NCBI GenBank assembly: GCA_946184165.1
Contig: CAMHEN010000001.1
Location: forward strand, 1 to 59,056
Direction: 5' to 3'
Length of the DNA: 59,056 bases
Origin: an uncultured Clostridia bacterium
GTDB lineage: Bacteria > Bacillota > Clostridia > Oscillospirales > Oscillospiraceae
Shown: piece by piece, positions 37,571 through 45,004 of the stretch
How positions within the stretch are numbered: the first letter of the stretch is position 1
How the letters are laid out: each line of letters begins with the position of its first letter
Notes under the pieces: generated by a model
What the model saw: only the letters and a program-made list of their open reading frames with translations
The model's database searches: none
Told to the model about the DNA's origin: nothing
Program-made: the position numbers and the translations under genes

Positions 37571-38976
37571 GCAACGACACGGATCACGTCAAACGCCTCG
37601 TTTCCCTCTAATACCCGGCGGGCTTGGCCGAGATTGTGACAGATGACGCATTTCCGCCCGTCAAGATCAAAGGTCTCGGGCTCGGCGTCAAAGCTCCACA
37701 TCGCCTTGTCCAGGAGCCTGCCGAACTTTCCGGATGCCCCGGGCAGACCGAGAGACGCAAAAACCGCTGTGCGTTTCGGATTTGGTTCGGAGCCTGTGCG
37801 GATCATGATGCGGGAAAGCTCCCTGGGGTTGACCGCAATGTCTACGCAGCCAGTCTTTTCGCACTCAGAGGCGTCGTTGCCGACAGCGCCGAAAGCAAAG
37901 CGTTTGTCGGCCCCGGCCGCCTTGCCAAAGACGGCGATAGGGGAGTCATAGAACAGAAAGCTGTCCTTCTTTTCCGGGAAGTTATTTTCCAGAAAGGCCT
38001 TTGCCGCAAAGCTGTTTGTCAGGATAACAGATTTGCCTGATTTCAGCTTCTCACCCAGCAGCGCCTCCGCCTGGGCTTTCGCCGCATCTTCGGCCTCGTG
38101 CATATCATACACCGTGTCCACGCCGATCTTTTTGAGTGCACCTGCGATCTCAAAGAGGGTCACGCTGCCCGCTTTCAGCTTGAGCACACGCTCAAGCTCC
38201 GGGATGAGATCCATAGAGACCGCCGCAGCGGTGGTCATGCCGTCCTTGTGGGCACAGTACACCAGCTCGTCCTTGTGCTCCCTGGCATAGATCGCGCCGG
38301 TGGGGCAGAACTCCACACAGCGCCCGCAGCCGATGCAGTCGCTCTCGCACATGGCTTTTCCAAAGGCAGGACCGATGGTGACTTCGCAGCCTCTGCCGGA
38401 GGCGGCCAGATTGTGCACCGTCTGAACCTTGCCGCAGATGTCCACACAGCGCCTGCACTTGATGCATTTGTTGGGATTGCGGACAATAGCGGTGGTGGCG
38501 TCCACGGGATAGGTATTGTGCTTCTGGGCAAAGGGCAGCACGTCCACCTTGTACTCCCGGGCCAGGGCCTGGAGATCGCAGAAGCCGTCCTTCACACAGT
38601 CGCAGAAGAAGCACATTTCGCAGAACTTCGGGTCGAGATCCTCACACTTCGAGCTCCCGATGCGAAGGCAGTGGTGGCAGTCCACCGCGTGATTACTCAG
38701 CAGCAGCTCTAAAGTCAGCTTGCGGGAGGCGCGCACGGCCTCGGTATCGGTACGGACCACCATGCCCTCGCGCACCTTGGAGGCGCAGGCGTGCTGGAAG
38801 GTCCGCGCCCCCTCCACCTCCACCACGCACATGCGGCAGGAGGCCCGCGGATCCAGCTCTTTCAGAAAGCAGAGTGTGGGGATATGGATGCCGTTTGCCT
38901 GAGCTGCATCCAGGATCGTGGAACCGGCAGGCACGGAGAGGGCCTTGCCGTCCATGGTGATATTCACGTTTGCCAT
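37567..38976 (-). CDS. [FeFe]-hydrogenase-like (HylA/NuoG-like) iron-sulfur protein lacking H-cluster ligands
   Basis: N-terminal 2Fe-2S domain (CFLKELDPRASCRMCVVEVEG), a His-ligated 4Fe-4S site (HAVDCHHCLRIGSSKC) and two ferredoxin 4Fe-4S motifs (CIKCRRCVDIC, CIGCGRCVEFCP). The following domain is collinear with the hydrogenase large-subunit C-domain, but TSCCPGW is replaced by LTNSFAAK and MPC by VGN, and the protein ends before the CxxGC motif. Confidence 0.8.
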   Translation of the reverse strand: MANVNITMDGKALSVPAGSTILDAAQANGIHIPTLCFLKELDPRASCRMCVVEVEGARTFQHACASKVREGMVVRTDTEAVRASRKLTLELLLSNHAVDCHHCLRIGSSKCEDLDPKFCEMCFFCDCVKDGFCDLQALAREYKVDVLPFAQKHNTYPVDATTAIVRNPNKCIKCRRCVDICGKVQTVHNLAASGRGCEVTIGPAFGKAMCESDCIGCGRCVEFCPTGAIYAREHKDELVYCAHKDGMTTAAAVSMDLIPELERVLKLKAGSVTLFEIAGALKKIGVDTVYDMHEAEDAAKAQAEALLGEKLKSGKSVILTNSFAAKAFLENNFPEKKDSFLFYDSPIAVFGKAAGADKRFAFGAVGNDASECEKTGCVDIAVNPRELSRIMIRTGSEPNPKRTAVFASLGLPGASGKFGRLLDKAMWSFDAEPETFDLDGRKCVICHNLGQARRVLEGNEAFDVIRVVA

Positions 38977-38978
38977 AT

Positions 38979-40211
38979 TCACGTCTCCTTTCCGAGCTTT
39001 GCGTCAAAGTCAGCGGGGAAGAGCTTCAGCGCGCTCATGAACGCGGTGGTCGCGCTCTGTCCCAGTGGACAGAAGCAGGTCTTCTGCATGTAGCCGGAGA
39101 GCGTTTTGATGAGCTCTATATCGGTCCTCGTGCCGTTCCCGCAGGCGATCTTCTCCATGATCTCTGCAATGCGCATGGTACCCTCGCGGCAGGGGGTGCA
39201 CTTGCCGCAGGATTCGTGCTTGAAGAACTTCGCGATCTCCAGCAGGATGTCCACGATATTTCTTGTCTCATCGATCACAAACACCGCCCCGGAGCCAAGC
39301 GATGCGCCGATTGAGCGAATGGAGTCAAAGTCGATGGGCGTGTCCAGCGCATCCGGCGTAACAAAGCCGCAGGAGGAGCCGCCGAGCTGAATAGCCTTGA
39401 GCTTCCTGCCGTCTGCGATACCGCCGCCGAAGCCCTCCACCACATCACGAAGGGTGGCGTTGGTCGGGACCTCGACGCAGACCCTGTTCTTCACGTCGCC
39501 GGAGAGACACATGAGCTTGGTGCCGGGAAACTTTTCAGCACCGATGGAGCCGAACCATTCCGCGCCCCTGTTCACAATCTCAGGGATGACAGCGAAGGTC
39601 TCCACATTGTTGACGACGGTGGGATACCCGTGCAGGCCCTTGACCGCCATGGAGGGCGGCTTCAGTCTGGGCTCACCGCGCAGACCCTCGAGGGAATTCA
39701 CGATCGCCGTGCCCTCGCCGCAGATATAGGCGCCCGCGCCGGAGACCACCTTGATCGTCACATCACCGGTCAGGCCCTTTTCCTCTGCGGTCTTCACCGC
39801 CTTGCGCAGGAGCCTGATGGACTTCTCATACTCGCCGCGCACATAGATGAAGCAGTCCTTCGCGCCCACGGCCCAGGCACCGATGAGGATGCCCTCGATC
39901 ACCGTGTGGGGGTCGCCCTCCATGATGACGCGGTCCTTGAAGGTGCCGGGCTCTCCCTCATCGGCGTTGCAGACGATGTACTTGGTTTCTTCTTTACTTG
40001 CAAAGGCGCTGCTCCACTTTTTGCCTGTGGAGAAGGCGGCGCCGCCTCTGCCGCGCAGACGAGAGGTCTCCTCAATGGTCCGGATCAGTTCGCCCCTGTC
40101 CATGGTGCGGGCCTTTTTCAGCGCCTCATACCCCCCTGCTTTGAGATAAGCGTCGATGGAATCGGGTTTGATGTGTCCGACATTCCGCAGGGCAATCCGT
40201 ACTTCCTCCAT
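38979..40211 (-). CDS. NuoF-like NAD(P)H-binding FMN/4Fe-4S flavoprotein subunit
   Basis: GRGGAAFSTGKKW (FMN), CNADEGEPGTFKDR, and a 4Fe-4S site ESCGKCTPCREG...CPLGQSA. 410 aa with no extra ferredoxin domains. Confidence 0.88.
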   Translation of the reverse strand: MEEVRIALRNVGHIKPDSIDAYLKAGGYEALKKARTMDRGELIRTIEETSRLRGRGGAAFSTGKKWSSAFASKEETKYIVCNADEGEPGTFKDRVIMEGDPHTVIEGILIGAWAVGAKDCFIYVRGEYEKSIRLLRKAVKTAEEKGLTGDVTIKVVSGAGAYICGEGTAIVNSLEGLRGEPRLKPPSMAVKGLHGYPTVVNNVETFAVIPEIVNRGAEWFGSIGAEKFPGTKLMCLSGDVKNRVCVEVPTNATLRDVVEGFGGGIADGRKLKAIQLGGSSCGFVTPDALDTPIDFDSIRSIGASLGSGAVFVIDETRNIVDILLEIAKFFKHESCGKCTPCREGTMRIAEIMEKIACGNGTRTDIELIKTLSGYMQKTCFCPLGQSATTAFMSALKLFPADFDAKLGKET

Positions 40212-40651
40212 CACTTGAGCCCTCCCAGCAGTTCCGCCGCATTTGCGGGGTCATCATTCGTATACAGCTTCCCGTTTACGAGCATATTCGGCGCTGCCTG
40301 ACACTGGCCGAGACACTCCACCCAGTCCAGACTGCATTCCTCGCTGCTCTCACCGATCTTCAAACCGGTTGCCGCTTCCAGCGCCTCGACCAGCGCCGCG
40401 TTGCCCGCACTGTGACAGGCCGTGCCGCGGCAGACACGGATCTCCTTTTTCGCAGGCGGAGAGAAGCGCAGCATGGAATAAAAGCTCGCCGTGTCGTAAA
40501 GCTCGGCCGCGCTCTTTCCCTCGTGGGCGGCAAGCGCACGCAGGCCAGCCTCGCTCACATATCCGTCCCGCTTCTGAATAGCCAGCAGCGCGTCCAGAAG
40601 GCCGCCGTCTTTCAGCGCCTTTTTTATAAGCGTTTCGTAGAAATAGGCCAT
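40211..40651 (-). CDS. NuoE-like thioredoxin-fold 2Fe-2S subunit
   Basis: VCRGTACH...ECLGQCQAAP cluster motif. ATG 40651 lies 2 nt after the upstream stop, behind GAGGAGG. Confidence 0.85.
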   Translation of the reverse strand: MAYFYETLIKKALKDGGLLDALLAIQKRDGYVSEAGLRALAAHEGKSAAELYDTASFYSMLRFSPPAKKEIRVCRGTACHSAGNAALVEALEAATGLKIGESSEECSLDWVECLGQCQAAPNMLVNGKLYTNDDPANAAELLGGLK

Positions 40652-40653
40652 GC

Positions 40654-42957
40654 TCACACCTCCTCAATCTTCTCGACCCGGCAGGGCGTATAGCGCCACT
40701 TGGCATTTCCGGTCAGCTCGTCCAGATCCCGGTGATCCGTGAGATAATTGATGTGCATCCCGTGGGCCCTGCCCTCATAGCTGAGGCCGAAGTGGTGCGG
40801 GATCATACAGTAGCCGGGAGCAGTCTGCCAGGTGATCTCCACCGGAACGGTGATCGATCCCTTCTTTGTGGTCACGCGCACGGTCTCACCGTCGGTCATT
40901 CCGAACGCCGCCGCATCCTCCGGGTTCATCGCCAGACGGTAGGGGTCACGGAAGCGATAGGTGCCGGGATTGCGCATGGAGGTATTCATGCCGCTGTCAG
41001 AGTGACGACCTGCCGAGAGGATCATGTTGCAGCCGTCCTTGAGACGAAGCGCCTCGGCCTCGTGTGCCGGTGTGATGACCCGGAGTGCTTTGTCGATCTC
41101 CTCGCACCAGAGATGGAACTTCTTGTCCTTATGCCTGATGTGCCGCTCCATCAGGTGCTCGACGTCACTGTAGGCGATCACCGCGCCCTCCGGGTGCCGA
41201 TCCACTTTCTCAAAGGCGGCATCCATGGTGCAGAACTCGTTGAGCATCGGCATCCGCGCGAGAAACGGGTGCCGCTTTGCATCCGGTTTTACCGCCATAA
41301 CGGCGCGCTCCGGCAGCTTGGAAATCAGCAGTGCCGCCCAGCACATGGCGTGTCCCGCAGAACCCATGGCCTTGCCCAGCGTGAGGGCGATGATGATCGC
41401 CGCCTGGTCGAAATACTTCATGCCGCCCAAGGCGATCCAGCCCACGACCTTCATGAAATACTTGATGCGGTCACCGGTGCGCACAGCCTCTTCAGCCGCG
41501 TCATACAGATATTGCGGGAGTTTTGGGATAAGGCCCATCGCCTCGGCAAGCTCCGCGTAAACCATGGCGTCCTCGCGAGCCTCGCCGGGGGCCTTGACAA
41601 CCGCCCGGCGGCTGAAATACATGATCTCGGGATAGTGGAAGGCGAACACGTCAAAGTCGCCGCCCACCTCATAGGCGCTGGGAGTCGGCAGCACATAGTC
41701 CGCGATACGGGTGGTTTCGGTCTCCACACAGTCCATCGCGACAAAGAGCTCCAGATGGCGCAGAGCCTCCTCCATCTTTTGGGAGTCTGGATAGCTGCGC
41801 AGGGGATTGGACATATTGCAGAAGGCCATGCGGATACGGTCTTCATTATCGCCCAGCACCTCGTCCGGCAGCGCCCCCTCGGGGTACATGCCCGCAACGG
41901 GAAAGCGATTGGTCACCGGCATGCGCCAGACATTCGGATCATACTCGTCGGAATAGTCGAGCGTGATGATGCGGACGGGCGGAATATTACCGCCGGGAAC
42001 CAGAAGCGTGCCGCACACGGCCATCAGGATAAGACACAGGTAGCTCGAAAGCGTGGACTGCCGCCCGAAGTACAGGCCCAGATCCTGGTGCATGCCCCAC
42101 TTCTTCGTGGTGAGGATGCGGGCGAAATCCTCAGCCTGCTGCCGCGGGATACCGCAGACCTTGAGAGCGCCGTCGATATCAAAATCCAGAAACCAGGCGC
42201 GCGCATGGGCCCAGTCCTTGCAGCAGCGATACAGGAAGTCACGGTTCTGCCAGCCCTTTTCAAGGATCAGGGAGATGAGCGCCCGGAGGAACAGCGCGTC
42301 CGAGCCGGGCCGGGGCTTTATGTGCATGTCCGCCATGCGGGCGGTTTCCGAGAGGCGCGGATCGACCGCAATGACCATTTTGTCCGGATCGCGGGAGAAT
42401 TCCCGGATCATGGGTCTCGCATTCGGAAGCTGATGGGAGACATAGGAGTTGGAGCCCCAGAAAATGAGCACCTCGCAGTTTTTGTCGTCCGGCTCCAGCG
42501 GGTGGAACTGATCGCCGAATATGCGCCCGCAGCTCCAGAAGATACCCATGAACTCCACGCCGATGGGGTTAAAAAAATACTGGGAGCCGATGGCTTTCAA
42601 AAAGGGCTGTGCCGTAGCGGCGGCAGCGCCGGTCGCGCCGCCGCCGCCCCCGATGATTGCGGCCGAACGCGGTCCGTGTGCCTTCAGGATAGCGTTGGCC
42701 TTCTCCGCAATCTCTGCGTAGGCCTGATCCCAGGAGATGCGCTCGTAATGATCGCCCACTCGCTTTTTGGGGTACAGGATGCGCTCGTGGTTTTCCACAA
42801 AATATTTGGCGCTTCTGCCTTTGCGGCAGCAGTAGCACGCACTGCTGGGGCTGTCGGGATCGGGCCGGACATTGATGATCCGGTTGTCCTCAATCTCCAT
42901 CTCCAGCCCGCAGGTCATGGCACAGAGGTTACACAGGGTCTTTTTCCATTCACTCAT
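40654..42957 (-). CDS. Cytoplasmic molybdopterin (bis-MGD, MopB superfamily) oxidoreductase, substrate unknown
   Basis: N-terminal 4Fe-4S motif CNLCAMTCG...CYCCRKG. MopB body (VLIFWGSNSY, IAVDPRLSETA). C-terminal Molydop-binding beta-barrel (AAAFGMTDGETVRVTTKKGSITVPVEIT). No signal or Tat motif and no in-frame TGA. ATG 42957 lies behind GGAGGA. Confidence 0.85.
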   Translation of the reverse strand: MSEWKKTLCNLCAMTCGLEMEIEDNRIINVRPDPDSPSSACYCCRKGRSAKYFVENHERILYPKKRVGDHYERISWDQAYAEIAEKANAILKAHGPRSAAIIGGGGGATGAAAATAQPFLKAIGSQYFFNPIGVEFMGIFWSCGRIFGDQFHPLEPDDKNCEVLIFWGSNSYVSHQLPNARPMIREFSRDPDKMVIAVDPRLSETARMADMHIKPRPGSDALFLRALISLILEKGWQNRDFLYRCCKDWAHARAWFLDFDIDGALKVCGIPRQQAEDFARILTTKKWGMHQDLGLYFGRQSTLSSYLCLILMAVCGTLLVPGGNIPPVRIITLDYSDEYDPNVWRMPVTNRFPVAGMYPEGALPDEVLGDNEDRIRMAFCNMSNPLRSYPDSQKMEEALRHLELFVAMDCVETETTRIADYVLPTPSAYEVGGDFDVFAFHYPEIMYFSRRAVVKAPGEAREDAMVYAELAEAMGLIPKLPQYLYDAAEEAVRTGDRIKYFMKVVGWIALGGMKYFDQAAIIIALTLGKAMGSAGHAMCWAALLISKLPERAVMAVKPDAKRHPFLARMPMLNEFCTMDAAFEKVDRHPEGAVIAYSDVEHLMERHIRHKDKKFHLWCEEIDKALRVITPAHEAEALRLKDGCNMILSAGRHSDSGMNTSMRNPGTYRFRDPYRLAMNPEDAAAFGMTDGETVRVTTKKGSITVPVEITWQTAPGYCMIPHHFGLSYEGRAHGMHINYLTDHRDLDELTGNAKWRYTPCRVEKIEEV

Positions 42958-43040
42958 GCTCAATCCTCCACATCTTTCAGGGGCGTCTGTCTTAGCTGAC
43001 GATCCGGGGGCATCCCCTTTGTGAACACTTCACAACTTGT

Positions 43041-43069
43041 ATGATACGTATTCACCGCGGACCTGTCAA
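43041..43069 (-). promoter_or_regulatory. Sigma-A-type promoter of the molybdoenzyme operon (TTGACA-17-TATCAT on minus strand)
   Basis: Plus-strand tgtcaa at 43064-43069 and atgata at 43041-43046. A small palindrome GTGAA-N3-TTCAC at 43021-43033 lies just downstream. Confidence 0.55.
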
Positions 43070-43130
43070 TTTCCTGACGTATTTTCTGCATTTTGCACAA
43101 AGGAGGCGGGATTCGTTTTGGCAGGATGCG

Positions 43131-43167
43131 GCAAAAGCGCCCCTCGAAAAAGGAAGGCGCTTTTCTC
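43131..43167 (-). terminator. Rho-independent terminator after moeA
   Basis: AAAAGCGCC-N15-GGCGCTTTT immediately after the moeA stop codon. Confidence 0.7.
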
Positions 43168-43170
43168 TCG

Positions 43171-44379
43171 CTAAAGAAGACAGGGCGGCAGACGCAGTAC
43201 CCGGATCTGATCGCCTCTCTCAAGCGGCGCAGTGTTCCCCGGAACGATGCCGATCAGCTCACAGCCGGCAAAAGAGGCGATGTTCCCGTTTCCGCGGCCT
43301 TGATGCTCCTGAAACCAGGCCTGTCCGTCCTCGATCAGCAAGTGCCCGCGCAGCATGCGGACGGCGCTGCTCGTCTTCGGCATGCCTTCCCATATGGGAA
43401 GCTGCCAAAAAACATTCTCCTCCTGTGCCCCTGCCATTGCGAACAGCGCAGGGCGCAGCACGGTTAATAGACTCATCAGCGCGGCTGCCGGATTCCCGGA
43501 GAGACTGATCAGGAGCTTGCCTTTCCAGCGAGAGGCCAGAAGCGCGCCGCCCGGCTTCATATTGACCTTCCAGAAGAGCCGCTCGCTGCCGAGAGCCGAC
43601 GCGGTACTTGACGCAAAATCATAGTCTCCCACGGAGGCGCCCCCTGTCGTGAGCACAAGATCGGCAGGTCCTTCCAGTGATCTGCGCACAGCGCACAGCA
43701 TCGCCTCTCTCTCATCCGGAACGATCGGCTGACGCTCTGAGATTAAGCCCATTTTTTCCAAATAGGCCGAGAGCACGTAGCTGCTGCTGTTATAGATCCC
43801 GTGAGGGCTGCAGGACTCTCCGGGCTCGTGCAGCTCGTTTCCCGTCGCGATCAGAGAGACGACGGGCTTTCGAAACACTTCGACCTTTGCGATCCCCTGG
43901 GAGGCAAGCAGCCCCAGATGTCCCGGCGTCAACCGGGTTCCGGCCCTTAAAAGAAGCTGGTCGACGCGGAGATCTTCACCCTGCCGTATGATGTTGGTCC
44001 CATGTCTGACCTTCTGCTCAATACGGATTATCATTCCTTCAGCTTGAACATCCTCCTGCTTGATGACCGCATCTGCGCCCGGTGGAATGGGGGCACCGGT
44101 AAAGATACGCAGCGCTTCGCCTTCGGCGAGCGCTGGCAGCGTACGGCAGCCTGCCGCCGCTGTTCCGATGACCTGCAGCGTCCCGGGCACGTCTTCGGAG
44201 CGACAGGCATAGCCGTCGAAGGGACTTTTGTCGAAGGGGGGGATCGCCGTATGTGCAAAGCAGTCTGCAGCAAGGATCCGCCCGAGAGAATGTGCGACGG
44301 AAACGCTCTCCGCCGTCGGCCTCATGACCTGACGCAGCAAAAGCTCGGCGGCGGCTTCCCATTCCATATACGCCTGCAT
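43171..44379 (-). CDS. moeA: Molybdopterin molybdenumtransferase
   Basis: Typical MoeA domains (SPFDGYA, IFTGAPIPPGADAV, TTGGASVGDYD, KPGGAL). The ATG overlaps the upstream stop (TGATG). Confidence 0.9.
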   Translation of the reverse strand: MQAYMEWEAAAELLLRQVMRPTAESVSVAHSLGRILAADCFAHTAIPPFDKSPFDGYACRSEDVPGTLQVIGTAAAGCRTLPALAEGEALRIFTGAPIPPGADAVIKQEDVQAEGMIIRIEQKVRHGTNIIRQGEDLRVDQLLLRAGTRLTPGHLGLLASQGIAKVEVFRKPVVSLIATGNELHEPGESCSPHGIYNSSSYVLSAYLEKMGLISERQPIVPDEREAMLCAVRRSLEGPADLVLTTGGASVGDYDFASSTASALGSERLFWKVNMKPGGALLASRWKGKLLISLSGNPAAALMSLLTVLRPALFAMAGAQEENVFWQLPIWEGMPKTSSAVRMLRGHLLIEDGQAWFQEHQGRGNGNIASFAGCELIGIVPGNTAPLERGDQIRVLRLPPCLL

Positions 44380-44921
44380 CAACGCTCACGCTCCCTGCAG
44401 AGCTTATCCCACTGCGAAACAATGGGAAGGAGCTCTGTATAGATTTCTTCAAAATATTCCGGCTGCATTCGGATCACGCGCGCCGACGGGTGCGCTTTCA
44501 CACGGCGCAGGAAGTCTGTCTCCATCCCTTCCCGCACAGCGGCAAGGACCGGAAGATTCCCGTCAAGCTTCTCCAAAACAGTGCGGCAGAAGACTTCCGC
44601 GTCGCTTTCCATGAATCCGATCTCATCCATTACAATGATCCCGTCCGTGCGTGCGTTGAGAAAAGCGACGCCGAGCGTGTCAAAAACCTCCGTGTATATA
44701 ATCCGATCCCGGGTGTTGCAGTCCGCCGCATGATTCTGCGCCGACGGCTCTAACGGCTCTGTCCCGTAGGGAAATAAATAAATCTCGTGATAGCCGTCAG
44801 GGCGTGTGGTCGTGGTTCTTGTTTCATATCCGAAGGCAGGCGTCCTGGTATTCGCAAGCAGGCGGCGAATCATGGCGCTTCTGCCGCTCCTTCGCCGACC
44901 GCAGAGTAAAATATGCTCCAT
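44379..44921 (-). CDS. NTPase_1/THEP1-like P-loop protein with variant Walker A
   Basis: Walker B and downstream region IIVMDEIGFMESDAEVFCRTVLEKLDGNLPVLAAV, as in the THEP1 family. Walker A reads GRRRSGRS (Arg in place of the canonical Lys). ATG 44921 lies behind GGGGGA; the track ORF extends to 44942. Confidence 0.6.
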   Translation of the reverse strand: MEHILLCGRRRSGRSAMIRRLLANTRTPAFGYETRTTTTRPDGYHEIYLFPYGTEPLEPSAQNHAADCNTRDRIIYTEVFDTLGVAFLNARTDGIIVMDEIGFMESDAEVFCRTVLEKLDGNLPVLAAVREGMETDFLRRVKAHPSARVIRMQPEYFEEIYTELLPIVSQWDKLCRERER

Positions 44922-44974
44922 CCCGTTTCCCCCTATCATCAATACTCTGATGCATGTCCTCTGGATAATAAAGT

Positions 44975-45004
44975 ATTATATAATTCTATCCTCCTGTCTG
45001 ACAA
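44975..45004 (-). promoter_or_regulatory. Sigma-A-type promoter of NTPase-moeA (TTGTCA-18-TATAAT on minus strand)
   Basis: Plus-strand tgacaa at 44999-45004 and attata at 44975-44980. Confidence 0.5.

Noticed and set aside
40654-42957. A selenocysteine-containing formate dehydrogenase
   Set aside because: The ORF is uninterrupted with no in-frame TGA, no SECIS-like context is needed, and the Cys/Sec-His catalytic pair is absent.
42955-42969. An identical 15-mer, tcatgctcaatcctc, at the starts of the molybdoenzyme gene and of the phosphodiesterase gene (48984-48998)
   Set aside because: It is just SD (GAGGA) plus spacer plus ATG on the minus strand. It is too short and functionally constrained to imply duplication or shared regulation.
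40732-42999. A 755-aa plus-strand ORF, and many similar long ORFs: 21470..23143(-), 4098..5585(+), 14822..15964(-), 16292..17395(-), 17793..18866(-), 19753..21264(-), 27434..28534(+), 29428..30708(+), 31550..32521(-), 46750..47892(+), 48004..49083(+), 49329..50609(+), 9674..10525(-)
   Set aside because: Each is antisense to a gene with unmistakable conserved motifs. Their translations are Arg/Gly/Ala/His-rich low-complexity strings, typical of shadow ORFs in roughly 60% GC DNA, and they lack SD sequences.
42964-43170. A Moco riboswitch upstream of the molybdoenzyme operon, also considered upstream of NTPase-moeA at 44943-45430
   Set aside because: The 5'-UTR after the predicted promoter is only about 85 nt, and I could not find the conserved Moco-motif blocks on the minus strand. 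This needs an Infernal scan for certainty.
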